Below, piece after piece: positions 39,248 through 49,279 of a stretch of 64,000 bases of DNA (its first letter is position 1; each line of letters begins with the position of its first letter). The position numbers and the translations under genes were made by a program. The notes under the pieces were generated by a model. The model searched no databases and had not been told where the DNA came from. It was given only the letters and a program-made list of their open reading frames with translations. Source of the DNA: an uncultured Bacteroidota bacterium (GTDB lineage Bacteria; Bacteroidota; Bacteroidia; JABEUT01); the NCBI GenBank assembly GCA_963767125.1, contig CAVYDB010000001.1:10855-74854 (forward strand), in the 5' to 3' direction.

Positions 39248-39604
39248 CTATCTTTTCTTAGAATTATTTTTCAAGCGTTCATTTTCAGCTTCAAGCATTT
39301 GGATATATTTTTCTTTATAGTCGTCGCCGTGGAAATGGATATTTTCGCCTTTTGTGCTTACGCTTTGAATAATCTTGTTATTAGAGACATTAAAAACTTG
39401 GGAGGCATCAAAATTCATAATTTGCGATAAATCCACTTCCAATATTTCAGCTATTTGCTGAACACGGGAAACAGTCAAATCCGTTTCACCCCGTTCAATT
39501 TTGCTATACCCACTCATGCTTAATTCCAGCTTCTCACACATGGTTTCGCGAGTGATGCTTTTTAACTCACGTAGTTTTTTGATATTTTCTCCAATGCTTA
39601 ACAT
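39248..39604 (-). CDS. XRE-family HTH regulator with C-terminal coiled coil
   Basis: IGENIKKLRELKSITRETMCEKLELSMSGYSKIERGETD; LEAENERLK. Confidence 0.9.
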   Translation of the reverse strand: MLSIGENIKKLRELKSITRETMCEKLELSMSGYSKIERGETDLTVSRVQQIAEILEVDLSQIMNFDASQVFNVSNNKIIQSVSTKGENIHFHGDDYKEKYIQMLEAENERLKNNSKKR

Positions 39605-39710
39605 GAAGACAAAAGTAGAAAAATTATTCTATAAGTAGCAAAGAAGCCTTTTAAGTTGTAATAACATTATAAATCAGGTGCTTATTTTGTGACCATAAAA
39701 TTTCATAAAA

Positions 39711-39962
39711 ATGGCAATGACAGAGGTAACAATTAAAAAAATAGAAAAGGACGACAAATTTCACTCGTTGTTTATTGTGGAGGGAGATAAGACAGCTAAA
39801 ATTGACACATTTGAAATGATACCATTTGCAGTAGAGATGCATAATAATACGTTTTTATTTAAGATTGGAAGCGGTAATTTAAAATACGACAATACGGAAG
39901 CTGGAGTTATTTGCGAATTATTTATTGATTTATTAGATAAGAAGTTATTTATAACAAAATGA
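39711..39962 (+). CDS. Hypothetical protein
   Basis: 83-aa ORF with operon-like spacing to the ankyrin gene. Confidence 0.45.
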   Translation: MAMTEVTIKKIEKDDKFHSLFIVEGDKTAKIDTFEMIPFAVEMHNNTFLFKIGSGNLKYDNTEAGVICELFIDLLDKKLFITK

Positions 39963-39980
39963 AAATAATCAACTAACGAC

Positions 39981-40799
39981 ATGGCAACACAAGACCCAGT
40001 AGAACTATTAAAAGCAATGGACATTCTATTTGTCCCACAAAACTTTATTTATGTTGCTGGGCTAGGAAATAATATTACTGCAGTTGAATTGTTTTTAAAA
40101 GCAGGAATGAACGTTCATACTCAACATGATGGCAAGACTGCTTTATATGAATCATGTATTTCTGGCAATGAAGAAACTGTAAAACTTCTACTTGCAAATG
40201 GAGCTAATGCCAATTCTCCTTATATAGCCAACTCATCTGGATGGATACCATTAACAAGGGCTATTAAACAAAAAAATGAGGCAAAAGGATATCCTGCAAA
40301 TATCATTAAACTTCTTTTAGAAAACAAAGCAGATTTTGAGGCAAAAGCCAATGGGCTTAATGCTATGGAATTAGCTATGAGTTATAAAGATAATGAGACG
40401 ATAGAATTACTTAAAAAATATGGTGCAAAAGAGCCGTCAAAGGAAGAAATAGAACAATTAGAACAACACAAAATCAAAACTCAAAAGGACACGAAACAAG
40501 CAGAAAACAAACAAATAAAATCAAAACTCATTTCGTATGGAATAGCTGCCGCTATAATTATAGGGCTTATAATCTGGGCATATTCAGGAAGCGGAGGCGG
40601 GTCTTCAAGCAGTAGTTCTTCTTCCGGAAATTATAGTAGTTCGGAAAAAACCCACACATGTGTTTGGTGTGGTAAAACATATACCGGGGCGGGTTATTAT
40701 CATATAGAGGATGAATGTGCGTCGACAGTGGCAGATTACGACCAATGTTGTTCTCAAAAGTGTTGCATGGATCAGTGGAATTCCACACACACACATTGA
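39981..40799 (+). CDS. Ankyrin-repeat protein with TM helix, Ser/Gly linker and C-terminal Cys-rich motif
   Basis: GKTALYESCISGNEETVKLLLANGANAN; TM ISYGIAAAIIIGLIIWAY; CVWCGK...C...CCSQKCC. Confidence 0.8.
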   Translation: MATQDPVELLKAMDILFVPQNFIYVAGLGNNITAVELFLKAGMNVHTQHDGKTALYESCISGNEETVKLLLANGANANSPYIANSSGWIPLTRAIKQKNEAKGYPANIIKLLLENKADFEAKANGLNAMELAMSYKDNETIELLKKYGAKEPSKEEIEQLEQHKIKTQKDTKQAENKQIKSKLISYGIAAAIIIGLIIWAYSGSGGGSSSSSSSSGNYSSSEKTHTCVWCGKTYTGAGYYHIEDECASTVADYDQCCSQKCCMDQWNSTHTH

Positions 40800-41160
40800 C
40801 CATTTCTTCTCATGTTTATTGTCAAATAGATAAAGTCTTACTAAAAGCTCCACATTAAAACTCTTGTTGGTAATTCAAAAAAACCTTTATTTTCTTAGGG
40901 TTCTATGAAATTAAAGCGCATTCATTACCAGATAATTATGACATATATCTACAATTCATATTTATATCATACTCTCATCTCAAAAAATATTCTATATTTG
41001 ATTTGTAAATTATAACTCTGGCGATTATATTTAGGTTCTTGCTTAAACACTCTATTTAAGATTCGACCTGTGCCTGCTAATATAAAGCCGATAAAATGTT
41101 AGTGGAAGCAATTGTTTAACTACTTTCTATTATCATATAGAAGGTAAAATTTCAGGTCGA

Positions 41161-41916
41161 ATGAAGCACACACATAATAGTTTATCTGTTGTTATTTTAG
41201 ATGATGACCCTGTATCGGTGTTATACCTTAAACATCTAATAAAAGTAACCAAATCGGCAAGGATAGCTGCAACATTTAATAGTCCTCAGAAGTTCTTGGA
41301 GGTTTACGAGGAGCTCAATTTTGATGTTTTACTACTTGATTGGGTAATGCCAGTATTTAGTGGGAAAGAAATTATAAAAACAGTAGGTGGTGAGCATTGT
41401 ATCGTGAATACTGAGTCGAATCAGTTTTATGAACAAGCCATAAAATGCCACCCTATTGACATTCTGATTAAGCCGGTCGCAGAGAGACATCTGTTAGGTG
41501 CTTTGAACAAGGCGCGAAAGCTGAAAATAAATAATTCAAAATATAATGAACCAATAGAATCTTATACCTCTGCTAAGGAATTTGCTCTATTCCATACAAA
41601 TGAAGGTGAGGCTAATGTCTTATTAAAAGACATCTTATTTGTTAGAACAATTAAGAGTTCACATGGAAATCTGGAGATGTTTCTTAAACCTGAAAGAAAA
41701 TTATTATTAAAAGGATATGCGATAGAATATATTCTCGAAATTGCAGATTTTTTATTGCAACCCAACCAATCAGAATTGGTGTCTAATGAGGCTGTAGATA
41801 TAATTGAACATAATTTAATACATTTAAAAGAAGTTTGTGATAAAAGCAAACAAATTACGATAAAATTAAGCAGGCATTATAGAGAAAATTTTCTATCACA
41901 TATTCCATCAGCATAA
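41161..41916 (+). CDS. Orphan LytR/AlgR-type response regulator (REC + divergent LytTR)
   Basis: ILDDD, LLLDWVMP, LIKP; C-terminal DILFV...FLLQPNQSELV...LSRHYRENF. Confidence 0.75.
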   Translation: MKHTHNSLSVVILDDDPVSVLYLKHLIKVTKSARIAATFNSPQKFLEVYEELNFDVLLLDWVMPVFSGKEIIKTVGGEHCIVNTESNQFYEQAIKCHPIDILIKPVAERHLLGALNKARKLKINNSKYNEPIESYTSAKEFALFHTNEGEANVLLKDILFVRTIKSSHGNLEMFLKPERKLLLKGYAIEYILEIADFLLQPNQSELVSNEAVDIIEHNLIHLKEVCDKSKQITIKLSRHYRENFLSHIPSA

Positions 41917-41958
41917 ATAAATCCTAAAGTATAATTATTAAAACTATAGTTTTTGAAT

Positions 41959-42011
41959 TGCATTATAGTATCGTTTTTATGCATAATAGTCTCAAAAATA
42001 TGCATGTTAGG
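41959..42011 (+). promoter_or_regulatory. Three imperfect direct repeats with 21-bp period, candidate LytTR boxes
   Basis: TGCATTATAGT (41959), TGCATAATAGT (41980), TGCATGTTAGG (42001). Confidence 0.6.
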
Positions 42012-42088
42012 ATAGTCCTAATTTTCTATTAAGTTTATTCTAAACTTTGTGGTGTGAATTTGATTTCTAATTCTAAAAATACTTAGCC

Positions 42089-45000
42089 ATGAAAAACAAA
42101 TATTTATTAGCAGTAATCTTACTCATTTGTCGAACAGTTACAGTTAGTGCGCAGTTTACTGATTTACTTAACTTTATGGGGACCAGTGGAGCTGCCCCTT
42201 ATGGCAGTTTAACAGTCTCTACTACCGGCGATACTATATTTGGTATGACTACATATGGTGGGGCATATAATCAAGGAAATATCTTTTCTTTTTCAGGCAG
42301 CGGGTATTCAGACTTATATGATTTCAGTGGCTTAGATGGAGCTTATCCTTTTGGCTCAATAACACTTTCCGTTACCGGAGATACCTTATTTGGAATGTCA
42401 TCTTCTGGGGGAATTTATAATGACGGGAATATTTTCTCAATCATAGAGGATGGAAGTGGATTTACCGACCTTTATGACTTTAGCGGTACAGATGGTGCTT
42501 ATCCTTATGGTTCGCTAACGCGTTCAATTACAGGAGATTCTTTGTTTGGTATGACTTCGGACGGTGGCACTTCAAGTTATGGCAATGTCTTTTGTATTAC
42601 AACTAGTGGCGGAAGCTATGCTGACTTGCTTGACTTCAACGGGGTAGATGGTGAATATCCTTATGGATCGCTAGTGCTTTCAAAAGGATATTTATTCGGC
42701 ATGACATCACAAGGCGGAACTTCAAGCTATGGTAATCTTTTTGTTATTAGTACAAATACATTTGGACATGCTGACCTTTTTGATTTTAATGGTTTAAACG
42801 GTTCATTTCCATATGGTTCTCTGACCAAATCGGTTAGCGGTGACTCATTATTTGGATTTACCTCGGAAGGTGGATGGGATGGAGACGGTGATATCTTTGC
42901 CTATATACCAGGTACCGGATTCAGAGGTCTGTATAGCTTCAATGGCACTGATGGCAATTATCCAAACGGCGATTTAATTGTTTCCGGCAGAAAACTATAT
43001 GGAATGTCAACATTAGGAGGAGGAAGCGGTGATGGGAATATATTTTCTATGTTCACTGATGGCAGCAGTTATGTAGATATATTTGAATTTTCCGGAAGTA
43101 CGGGTGAATTTCCTTATGGCTCATTAACATTTCTTAATAATAATAGTACTAAGTTCGTGGGAATGACTTCACAGGGCGGGGCTTATACTTATGGAATAAT
43201 TTTCAAGTATGATATTTTGTCGGCCAGCGGACTAACCCTTAATAATGTAACATGTTTGAGCGGTAGTGTTGGTGTTGCAAAAGCTTTAGTAATGGGAGGT
43301 GTTAGTCCTTATAACTACAATTGGAGTCCGGGTTATTGCACTACACAAATATATAATGGACTATCAGCTGGTTCATATACTGTAGTAGTAACGGATAGGG
43401 TGGGGAGCCGTGCTACTTCTGTAGCAGTAATTAGCGGAGTATCTGTTTCAATCTCTAATGTTACCAATGTTATTTGTAACGGGGGAACCGATGGCGCTAT
43501 TACAGCAACTCTTTCAGGCGGTATAGCTCCTTATGCATTTACCTGGTCAGGTGGAATAGGTGGAGCGACCATAGACACAAGATTATCTGCTGGAACTTAT
43601 ACCGTAACCGTAACAGATAGTTGCGGAGCTACTGCAACCGCCTCTGCAATTGTAACCCAGCCTTCATTGTTGCGCGATAGTATTGTTACTTCCGCCACGG
43701 TAAATGTATTGACCTATGGAGGACACAACGGGAGCGCAACTGTTGGAGTGACGGGTGGAACATCGCCATATAATTACCTGTGGATTCCAGGTGGAGAAAC
43801 AACAGCAGCTGCGACCACTTTAATAGCCGGAGTCTATACCGTGACTGTTACTGATGATAATGGCTGTAATAGCACAGCTTCTATAACCATTACCCAGCCT
43901 TCCGGTCCCATAACTGCCATTCCAATTTCTTCAGATACCTGTATATATAGTGATACTATGTCAACCAGGGAAAGATGGTATGTTGTAACACCTGATTCCT
44001 CTTCCATGAGTATTACCATAACCAATTTGACCCCAACAGGGGGGCATATACATGATGTTATGGTAATTGAAGGTATGTTTCCTCACACATTTCCCCTTGC
44101 CCCAGTCGCTTCACTTCACAATGATACGTCAAGCGTACCTATTAGCATAACCCTCAATGATTTATTTGTCGGGATACCTATTTATATTTCTATTAGCCGT
44201 GGACACAATTTGGCAGGCTGTGCAGGTTGTTCGCCATTAAGTACCGCAGAGTATAATTTATGTACTCAAAACTTAACTGCCCCAATCCGGACAGTGGATG
44301 CCAATGGAAATGTTTTTTACAATGGGGGACCCCAATATAAGGCGAACCAGGTGATAATAAAGTTTATGGATTCTACACTGATATTGAGTATAATTAATAA
44401 TCCCAGTATAGTATCGGGGACATTATCTACTTTTCTTAGGTCTGCGCAATACACGAGTATTGTTGGTTACCTCACTGCTTTTGGAGTTTCTTCGACTACT
44501 ATTTCAGGAATAACACTACAAAAGATATTTCCAACTTTTACTCTTGCAGACTCCGTTACTACAAGCTTACAAGGTAAACTAGTGCATAATATTGACCTTT
44601 GGGCTACTTTTTTAATGACCTTCCCATCAGGTCCTACGTCAACCCCTCTTCCCTATAGCGAAGTGCAAATAAGTCGTCTACTCAGCCTTATTAATGGTGT
44701 AGGATATGCTGAACCCAATCCAATCGGAAAATTATCTTCTGCACCGAATGATTCATATTTCAGTGGTCAATATAATTTAAGTGCGGGCGGCGGGTATACT
44801 GATTGTGATATTAATGTAATTCCTGCTTGGACTTTTTCAACTGGGGATCCAAGCTATGGTATAGGAGTTTTTGATGCCGGAATTGACGAAACCCATTATG
44901 ATTTTAATGACGGTACATACAGTAATATTAACTCAAGCAATGGATATGATTATTTTTATACTGGTGGCAGAGTTTTAACCCCGCCTTATACTACTTCTTA

Positions 45001-46483
45001 TCATGGAACCTGCGTAGCCGGAATTGTTGCTGGAATAAGAGATAATAGCTATGGAATAGCCGGGGTGGCAGGAGGTGATGAAGTAAATGGAGACCCTGGA
45101 TGTTCACTTTATGATATGAAAATAACTGATGGGACAAACTATGCTTCTGGAGCCCTGATAGATCAAGCCATACAAGAAGGATGGTCAACTTATAGTGAAA
45201 ATATTATGAACCATTCATGGGGAACAATAAACTACAGCAACGCATTTCGTGATGCAGTCTCAACGGTTGACCATAATGGAGTTGTATTTGTGGCTGCAAG
45301 GGGAAACTATCCAGACTTCACACCAATTAATGAACCAATATATCCTGCATGTCTTGGGGGCGATCAAGATTACCTATCAATTTCTGTGGGCTCAGGTGGA
45401 TTAGATGGTCAATGGTTAACGACGACAAATAGCTACCCCACTGACGGAACATTGCAATCCATGACACAATTTGTAAATATAATAGCCCCAGGGTCAAATG
45501 GCTTAGTATTAGGCTCTCAAGCATTTTCTACATCTGATGCCATCCCTTTCAATGGTGCTTCTGCTGCAGCGCCCCAGGTTTCAGGAGTCGTCGGGCTTAT
45601 GGATTCTTATTTAAACACCTCTTTATGTATTGAAGATGCAACAAATTTAATTGAAATGTTTGCAACCCCTACTACAGTATCCGGTCAAACTACTTTTCCC
45701 AATGATTATTCAGGTTATGGAAGATTAAATGCTGGATGGGTTTTAGCTAATTTGCAATCTCCAAATACCCTTAACCATTTTGCATCTAATGACGGTTCAT
45801 GCACTGTAGCACTTACATCTATAACAGTTGAAAACAGTATTTCTATAAATTTACCTGAACCTCTGAATGGATTAGCAGCGGGGACTTATAATAATGTAAA
45901 TGTTTCCGATTATCAATTTACTTTAAGCTATTCCTTGCCAGGTCCTATTCTATCGAATTCAAATAATCCTGGCTATTGGCCAAGGTTTAGCTCTACCTAT
46001 GGATTAAGCAACGTATACCCGGCTATGGATGTAGATAATTGGTGCAATATTGTTTCATGTAATACAACACAAGCGGTAGTAAGTACCTATGTATACGATA
46101 TTCCAATAACAGGTTCCCCTGATGTATTTTTGCCGGTTGACCTTTCACAGATTGCAGTTGCTATAACTATATTTACTGGGAATGAACAAATTGATCCTGT
46201 ATCAGTGCCTAAAATTTTGAACTCAAAACTCAATGCTGATATTTACCCTAATCCGGCTAACGAATTCACTAACATTGACTACTCTCTAACTCATGCTTCA
46301 TACGTTAAAATAACAATTTATAGTAGTTCAGGAGCACTTATTGAAGAATTTGTTAATAATAATGATGTCGCAGGATTTCATCAAAAAAATATATCACTTT
46401 CCGGCTTTTCATCCGGATTGTATTTGGTAGAGATAGTAGCGGATAACTTAATAGCCCAGAAAAAGTTGTTAGTTATAAAATGA
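42089..46483 (+). CDS. T9SS-secreted multidomain subtilase: beta-propeller (GloVer-like) repeats + SprB-like repeats + S8 peptidase + CTD
   Basis: Repeats PYGSLT....LFGMTS.GG....GNIF; GG.APY.Y.W...LSAGTYTVTVTD; triad VFDAGID / HGTCVAG / NGASAAAPQVSG; AARGN; IYPNPA...KKLLVIK. Confidence 0.88.
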   Translation: MKNKYLLAVILLICRTVTVSAQFTDLLNFMGTSGAAPYGSLTVSTTGDTIFGMTTYGGAYNQGNIFSFSGSGYSDLYDFSGLDGAYPFGSITLSVTGDTLFGMSSSGGIYNDGNIFSIIEDGSGFTDLYDFSGTDGAYPYGSLTRSITGDSLFGMTSDGGTSSYGNVFCITTSGGSYADLLDFNGVDGEYPYGSLVLSKGYLFGMTSQGGTSSYGNLFVISTNTFGHADLFDFNGLNGSFPYGSLTKSVSGDSLFGFTSEGGWDGDGDIFAYIPGTGFRGLYSFNGTDGNYPNGDLIVSGRKLYGMSTLGGGSGDGNIFSMFTDGSSYVDIFEFSGSTGEFPYGSLTFLNNNSTKFVGMTSQGGAYTYGIIFKYDILSASGLTLNNVTCLSGSVGVAKALVMGGVSPYNYNWSPGYCTTQIYNGLSAGSYTVVVTDRVGSRATSVAVISGVSVSISNVTNVICNGGTDGAITATLSGGIAPYAFTWSGGIGGATIDTRLSAGTYTVTVTDSCGATATASAIVTQPSLLRDSIVTSATVNVLTYGGHNGSATVGVTGGTSPYNYLWIPGGETTAAATTLIAGVYTVTVTDDNGCNSTASITITQPSGPITAIPISSDTCIYSDTMSTRERWYVVTPDSSSMSITITNLTPTGGHIHDVMVIEGMFPHTFPLAPVASLHNDTSSVPISITLNDLFVGIPIYISISRGHNLAGCAGCSPLSTAEYNLCTQNLTAPIRTVDANGNVFYNGGPQYKANQVIIKFMDSTLILSIINNPSIVSGTLSTFLRSAQYTSIVGYLTAFGVSSTTISGITLQKIFPTFTLADSVTTSLQGKLVHNIDLWATFLMTFPSGPTSTPLPYSEVQISRLLSLINGVGYAEPNPIGKLSSAPNDSYFSGQYNLSAGGGYTDCDINVIPAWTFSTGDPSYGIGVFDAGIDETHYDFNDGTYSNINSSNGYDYFYTGGRVLTPPYTTSYHGTCVAGIVAGIRDNSYGIAGVAGGDEVNGDPGCSLYDMKITDGTNYASGALIDQAIQEGWSTYSENIMNHSWGTINYSNAFRDAVSTVDHNGVVFVAARGNYPDFTPINEPIYPACLGGDQDYLSISVGSGGLDGQWLTTTNSYPTDGTLQSMTQFVNIIAPGSNGLVLGSQAFSTSDAIPFNGASAAAPQVSGVVGLMDSYLNTSLCIEDATNLIEMFATPTTVSGQTTFPNDYSGYGRLNAGWVLANLQSPNTLNHFASNDGSCTVALTSITVENSISINLPEPLNGLAAGTYNNVNVSDYQFTLSYSLPGPILSNSNNPGYWPRFSSTYGLSNVYPAMDVDNWCNIVSCNTTQAVVSTYVYDIPITGSPDVFLPVDLSQIAVAITIFTGNEQIDPVSVPKILNSKLNADIYPNPANEFTNIDYSLTHASYVKITIYSSSGALIEEFVNNNDVAGFHQKNISLSGFSSGLYLVEIVADNLIAQKKLLVIK

Positions 46484-46510
46484 TATATTTGCTTATCTAG
46501 CAGACATATA

Positions 46511-47689
46511 ATGCGTAGGATTAAATCTGTATTTCTGACCATATTGCCCTCTATAATTTTAGGAGGGCTAAATGCCCAGGACTTGCGAACTATAGTTGAT
46601 GGGAATAATAGGTTTGCTTTTCAATTATATGCCAGTATAAAAGATACAAATAATCTGTTTTGTTCTCCATTTAGTATTTCAACTGCTTTGGCGATGACTT
46701 ATGCGGGTGCAAGGGGGAAAACAGAAGAACAAATAAGCAAAACGCTGAATTTTAGCCCTGACCAAAATACATTTCACATAAGCTACAAAAGCTTACTCGA
46801 AAGTATAGACGGCGATAGTACATCAGTAATACTTGACCTATCTAATTCTTTGTGGGCGGAACAGTCTTGTGATTTTTTTAACCCGTTTCTCAATATAGTA
46901 AAAACCGATTATTTATCTGAATTAAATAAGGTTGATTTTAAATCCTTAGATGGTGGGGCAAGAGCAGTAGAGAAAATAAACGAATGGGTGAAGCAAAAAA
47001 CACGGAATAAAATTAAAAATACAATAGGTGAGTTAGATGCAGGTACACGATTAATTTTGATTAATGCCATTTATTTTAAAGGAAAATGGCAAGATGAGTT
47101 TCCTATAAATGACTCCAGAGAACAACTTTTTAAGATTGAAAACGGTAGAAAAGTTTCTGCAATGTTCATGCACTTGAAAGATAGTTTTAGTTATTACGAA
47201 ACACCTTTCATAAAAGCAATACGAATACCATACAAGGGCAAAAATATATCCATGCTTATTTTTTTGCCTAATGGTGCGTTCACTATTAGGCAATTAGAAG
47301 ATTCTCTTTCTTATTCATTTTATTTGAACAACATCCGTTTTCTCAAATATGAGAAGGTTTTTCTTACACTACCCAAATTCAATATGACAAAAACTTTTGA
47401 CTTGAGCACTATGCTTTCAAAAATGGGTATGACGGATGCCTTTACTGACAATGCTGATTTTTCAGGAATGTCCGATATGAAATTAAAGATAAACAAAATT
47501 TTGCATAAAGCATACATAGATGTTTCAGAGGAGGGTACAGAAGCAACTACGGTTACTACTGTTGAGATTGCAGTCACCTCGCCCGAACAGTTTCCATTTT
47601 TTTCCGCTGACCATCCATTTATTTTTTTTATTATTGATAATGCCACAGGGTGTATACTATTTATGGGTAAAATAATGAATCCAAATTAA
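46511..47689 (+). CDS. Serpin (serine protease inhibitor family) with signal peptide
   Basis: FCSPFSISTALAMTYAGARG.T, INEWV, LILINAIYFKGKW, LPKF, HKAYIDVSEEGTEA, ADHPFIFFI...LFMGKIMNP. Confidence 0.95.
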   Translation: MRRIKSVFLTILPSIILGGLNAQDLRTIVDGNNRFAFQLYASIKDTNNLFCSPFSISTALAMTYAGARGKTEEQISKTLNFSPDQNTFHISYKSLLESIDGDSTSVILDLSNSLWAEQSCDFFNPFLNIVKTDYLSELNKVDFKSLDGGARAVEKINEWVKQKTRNKIKNTIGELDAGTRLILINAIYFKGKWQDEFPINDSREQLFKIENGRKVSAMFMHLKDSFSYYETPFIKAIRIPYKGKNISMLIFLPNGAFTIRQLEDSLSYSFYLNNIRFLKYEKVFLTLPKFNMTKTFDLSTMLSKMGMTDAFTDNADFSGMSDMKLKINKILHKAYIDVSEEGTEATTVTTVEIAVTSPEQFPFFSADHPFIFFIIDNATGCILFMGKIMNPN

Positions 47690-47724
47690 TACTCGATAAG
47701 TATTTTATTTAAAATAGCATAGTT

Positions 47725-49104
47725 ATGAAAAAAATACTATTTCCTCTGTTTTTAGTTCTTAGCTCATCGCTTTTCATTTTCTGTAATGCCCAATCTGGTA
47801 ATATTAACACAGTTGTTGGAAATGGCAGCGCGATTGACAGTGGGGACAATGGATTGGCCATAAATGCCTCGCTAAATTGGCCAGAAGGAGCTACCGTTGA
47901 TGATTCGGGTAATGTTTATATCATAGAATTCAATGAAAGTCCCAGAGTCCGCAAAATAAATACTTCAGGTATTATCTCTACGGTTGTAGGAAATGGAATA
48001 CAAGGCTCCAGTGGAGATGGGGGACCTGCTACGGCTGCTGAACTAAATTATCCAACAGATGGTTGCACAGATGCTAAAGGAAATTTATATATTGCAGATT
48101 GTGAGAACCAGGTAATTCGCAAAGTTGATATTAAAACGGGAATTATAAATAAAATAGCGGGAATTTACGGCTGCGGTTGCAGTGGCGGAGACGGAGGACC
48201 TGCCACAGCTGGTGGGCTAAATTTTCCGATGGGAGTATTTGTAGATAAAACAGGTAATCTTTATATTGCAGATCATACCAATAACCGGATTCGTAAGATA
48301 GATACTTCACAAATAATTACTACTATAGCTGGCACGGGAAGACAGGGACTTAGCGGAGATGGAGGACCCGCTATAGCTGCCGACTTATATTACCCTACGG
48401 GTGTTTGTACGGATACCTTAGGAAATGTTTTCTTTGCTGACACATATAATCAGCGAGTACGAAAAGTAAGTACTTCAACAGGTATTATTTCAACTGTAGC
48501 CGGTAGTGGAAATGGATATTCGGGTGCCGGATATGGCGGAGATGGTGGTCTAGCTACTTTAGCAGAATTACATTACCCAAAAAGTGTATTCATTGATAAA
48601 ACAAGCAATATTTATATTGCGGATGAGTTTAATAACAGGATACGTGAAGTTGATGTTTCGGGGATAATAACTACAATCGCAGGTGATGGAGTCCAAGGGT
48701 TTAGTGGAGACGGTGGTCAGGCAGTATTTGCTGAACTGAATTTGCCCTGTGCAATTGCACTTGATACATTAAATAATATTTTTATTGTTGATGGTCCAAA
48801 TATGAGGCTTCGGAAAGTAAATGCTTTAGCAACGGGAATAAATTCAATTAATAATAAAAATTCTTTTTCTCTTTATCCAAATCCAAGTAATGGTAAATTT
48901 ACTTTATCATTGTCAAATATAACAGATGAATGTTATATCGAAATGTATAATATCCTTGGTGAGAAAATGTATTCTCAATGCAACATTCAACATCCGACAT
49001 TCAACATTGATATTTCTTCACAGCCAAGTGGGGTTTATCTTTACAAGGTTTTAAAAGAAAATGGCAGTTTGGTTGGAGAGGGGAAAATACTTGTTAGTAA
49101 ATAG
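47725..49104 (+). CDS. NHL-repeat protein with T9SS CTD, paralogue of 19003-20391
   Basis: GDGGPATAAELNYP....D..GNLYIAD repeats; YPNPS...GVYLY...GEGKILVSK. Confidence 0.9.
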   Translation: MKKILFPLFLVLSSSLFIFCNAQSGNINTVVGNGSAIDSGDNGLAINASLNWPEGATVDDSGNVYIIEFNESPRVRKINTSGIISTVVGNGIQGSSGDGGPATAAELNYPTDGCTDAKGNLYIADCENQVIRKVDIKTGIINKIAGIYGCGCSGGDGGPATAGGLNFPMGVFVDKTGNLYIADHTNNRIRKIDTSQIITTIAGTGRQGLSGDGGPAIAADLYYPTGVCTDTLGNVFFADTYNQRVRKVSTSTGIISTVAGSGNGYSGAGYGGDGGLATLAELHYPKSVFIDKTSNIYIADEFNNRIREVDVSGIITTIAGDGVQGFSGDGGQAVFAELNLPCAIALDTLNNIFIVDGPNMRLRKVNALATGINSINNKNSFSLYPNPSNGKFTLSLSNITDECYIEMYNILGEKMYSQCNIQHPTFNIDISSQPSGVYLYKVLKENGSLVGEGKILVSK

Positions 49105-49279
49105 ATTATGGAAAACAACAAATAATAATGTCCTAAAATATTGTCATTTTTTCATGCGACAAAAGGATACCAACTCAGATTCTTCACTGGAAATATGTCA
49201 GTTTGTTATTAAAAGGGCACCTTTTTCAAAAATATACTTTATTTTAACTTCATCACCTTATAATGCCGTACATCTTACT

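Noticed and set aside
32890-41916. Prophage or ICE interpretation of the island
   Set aside because: No integrase, structural, replication, relaxase or T4SS gene was recognised, and the ends are inverted repeats with a short direct repeat.
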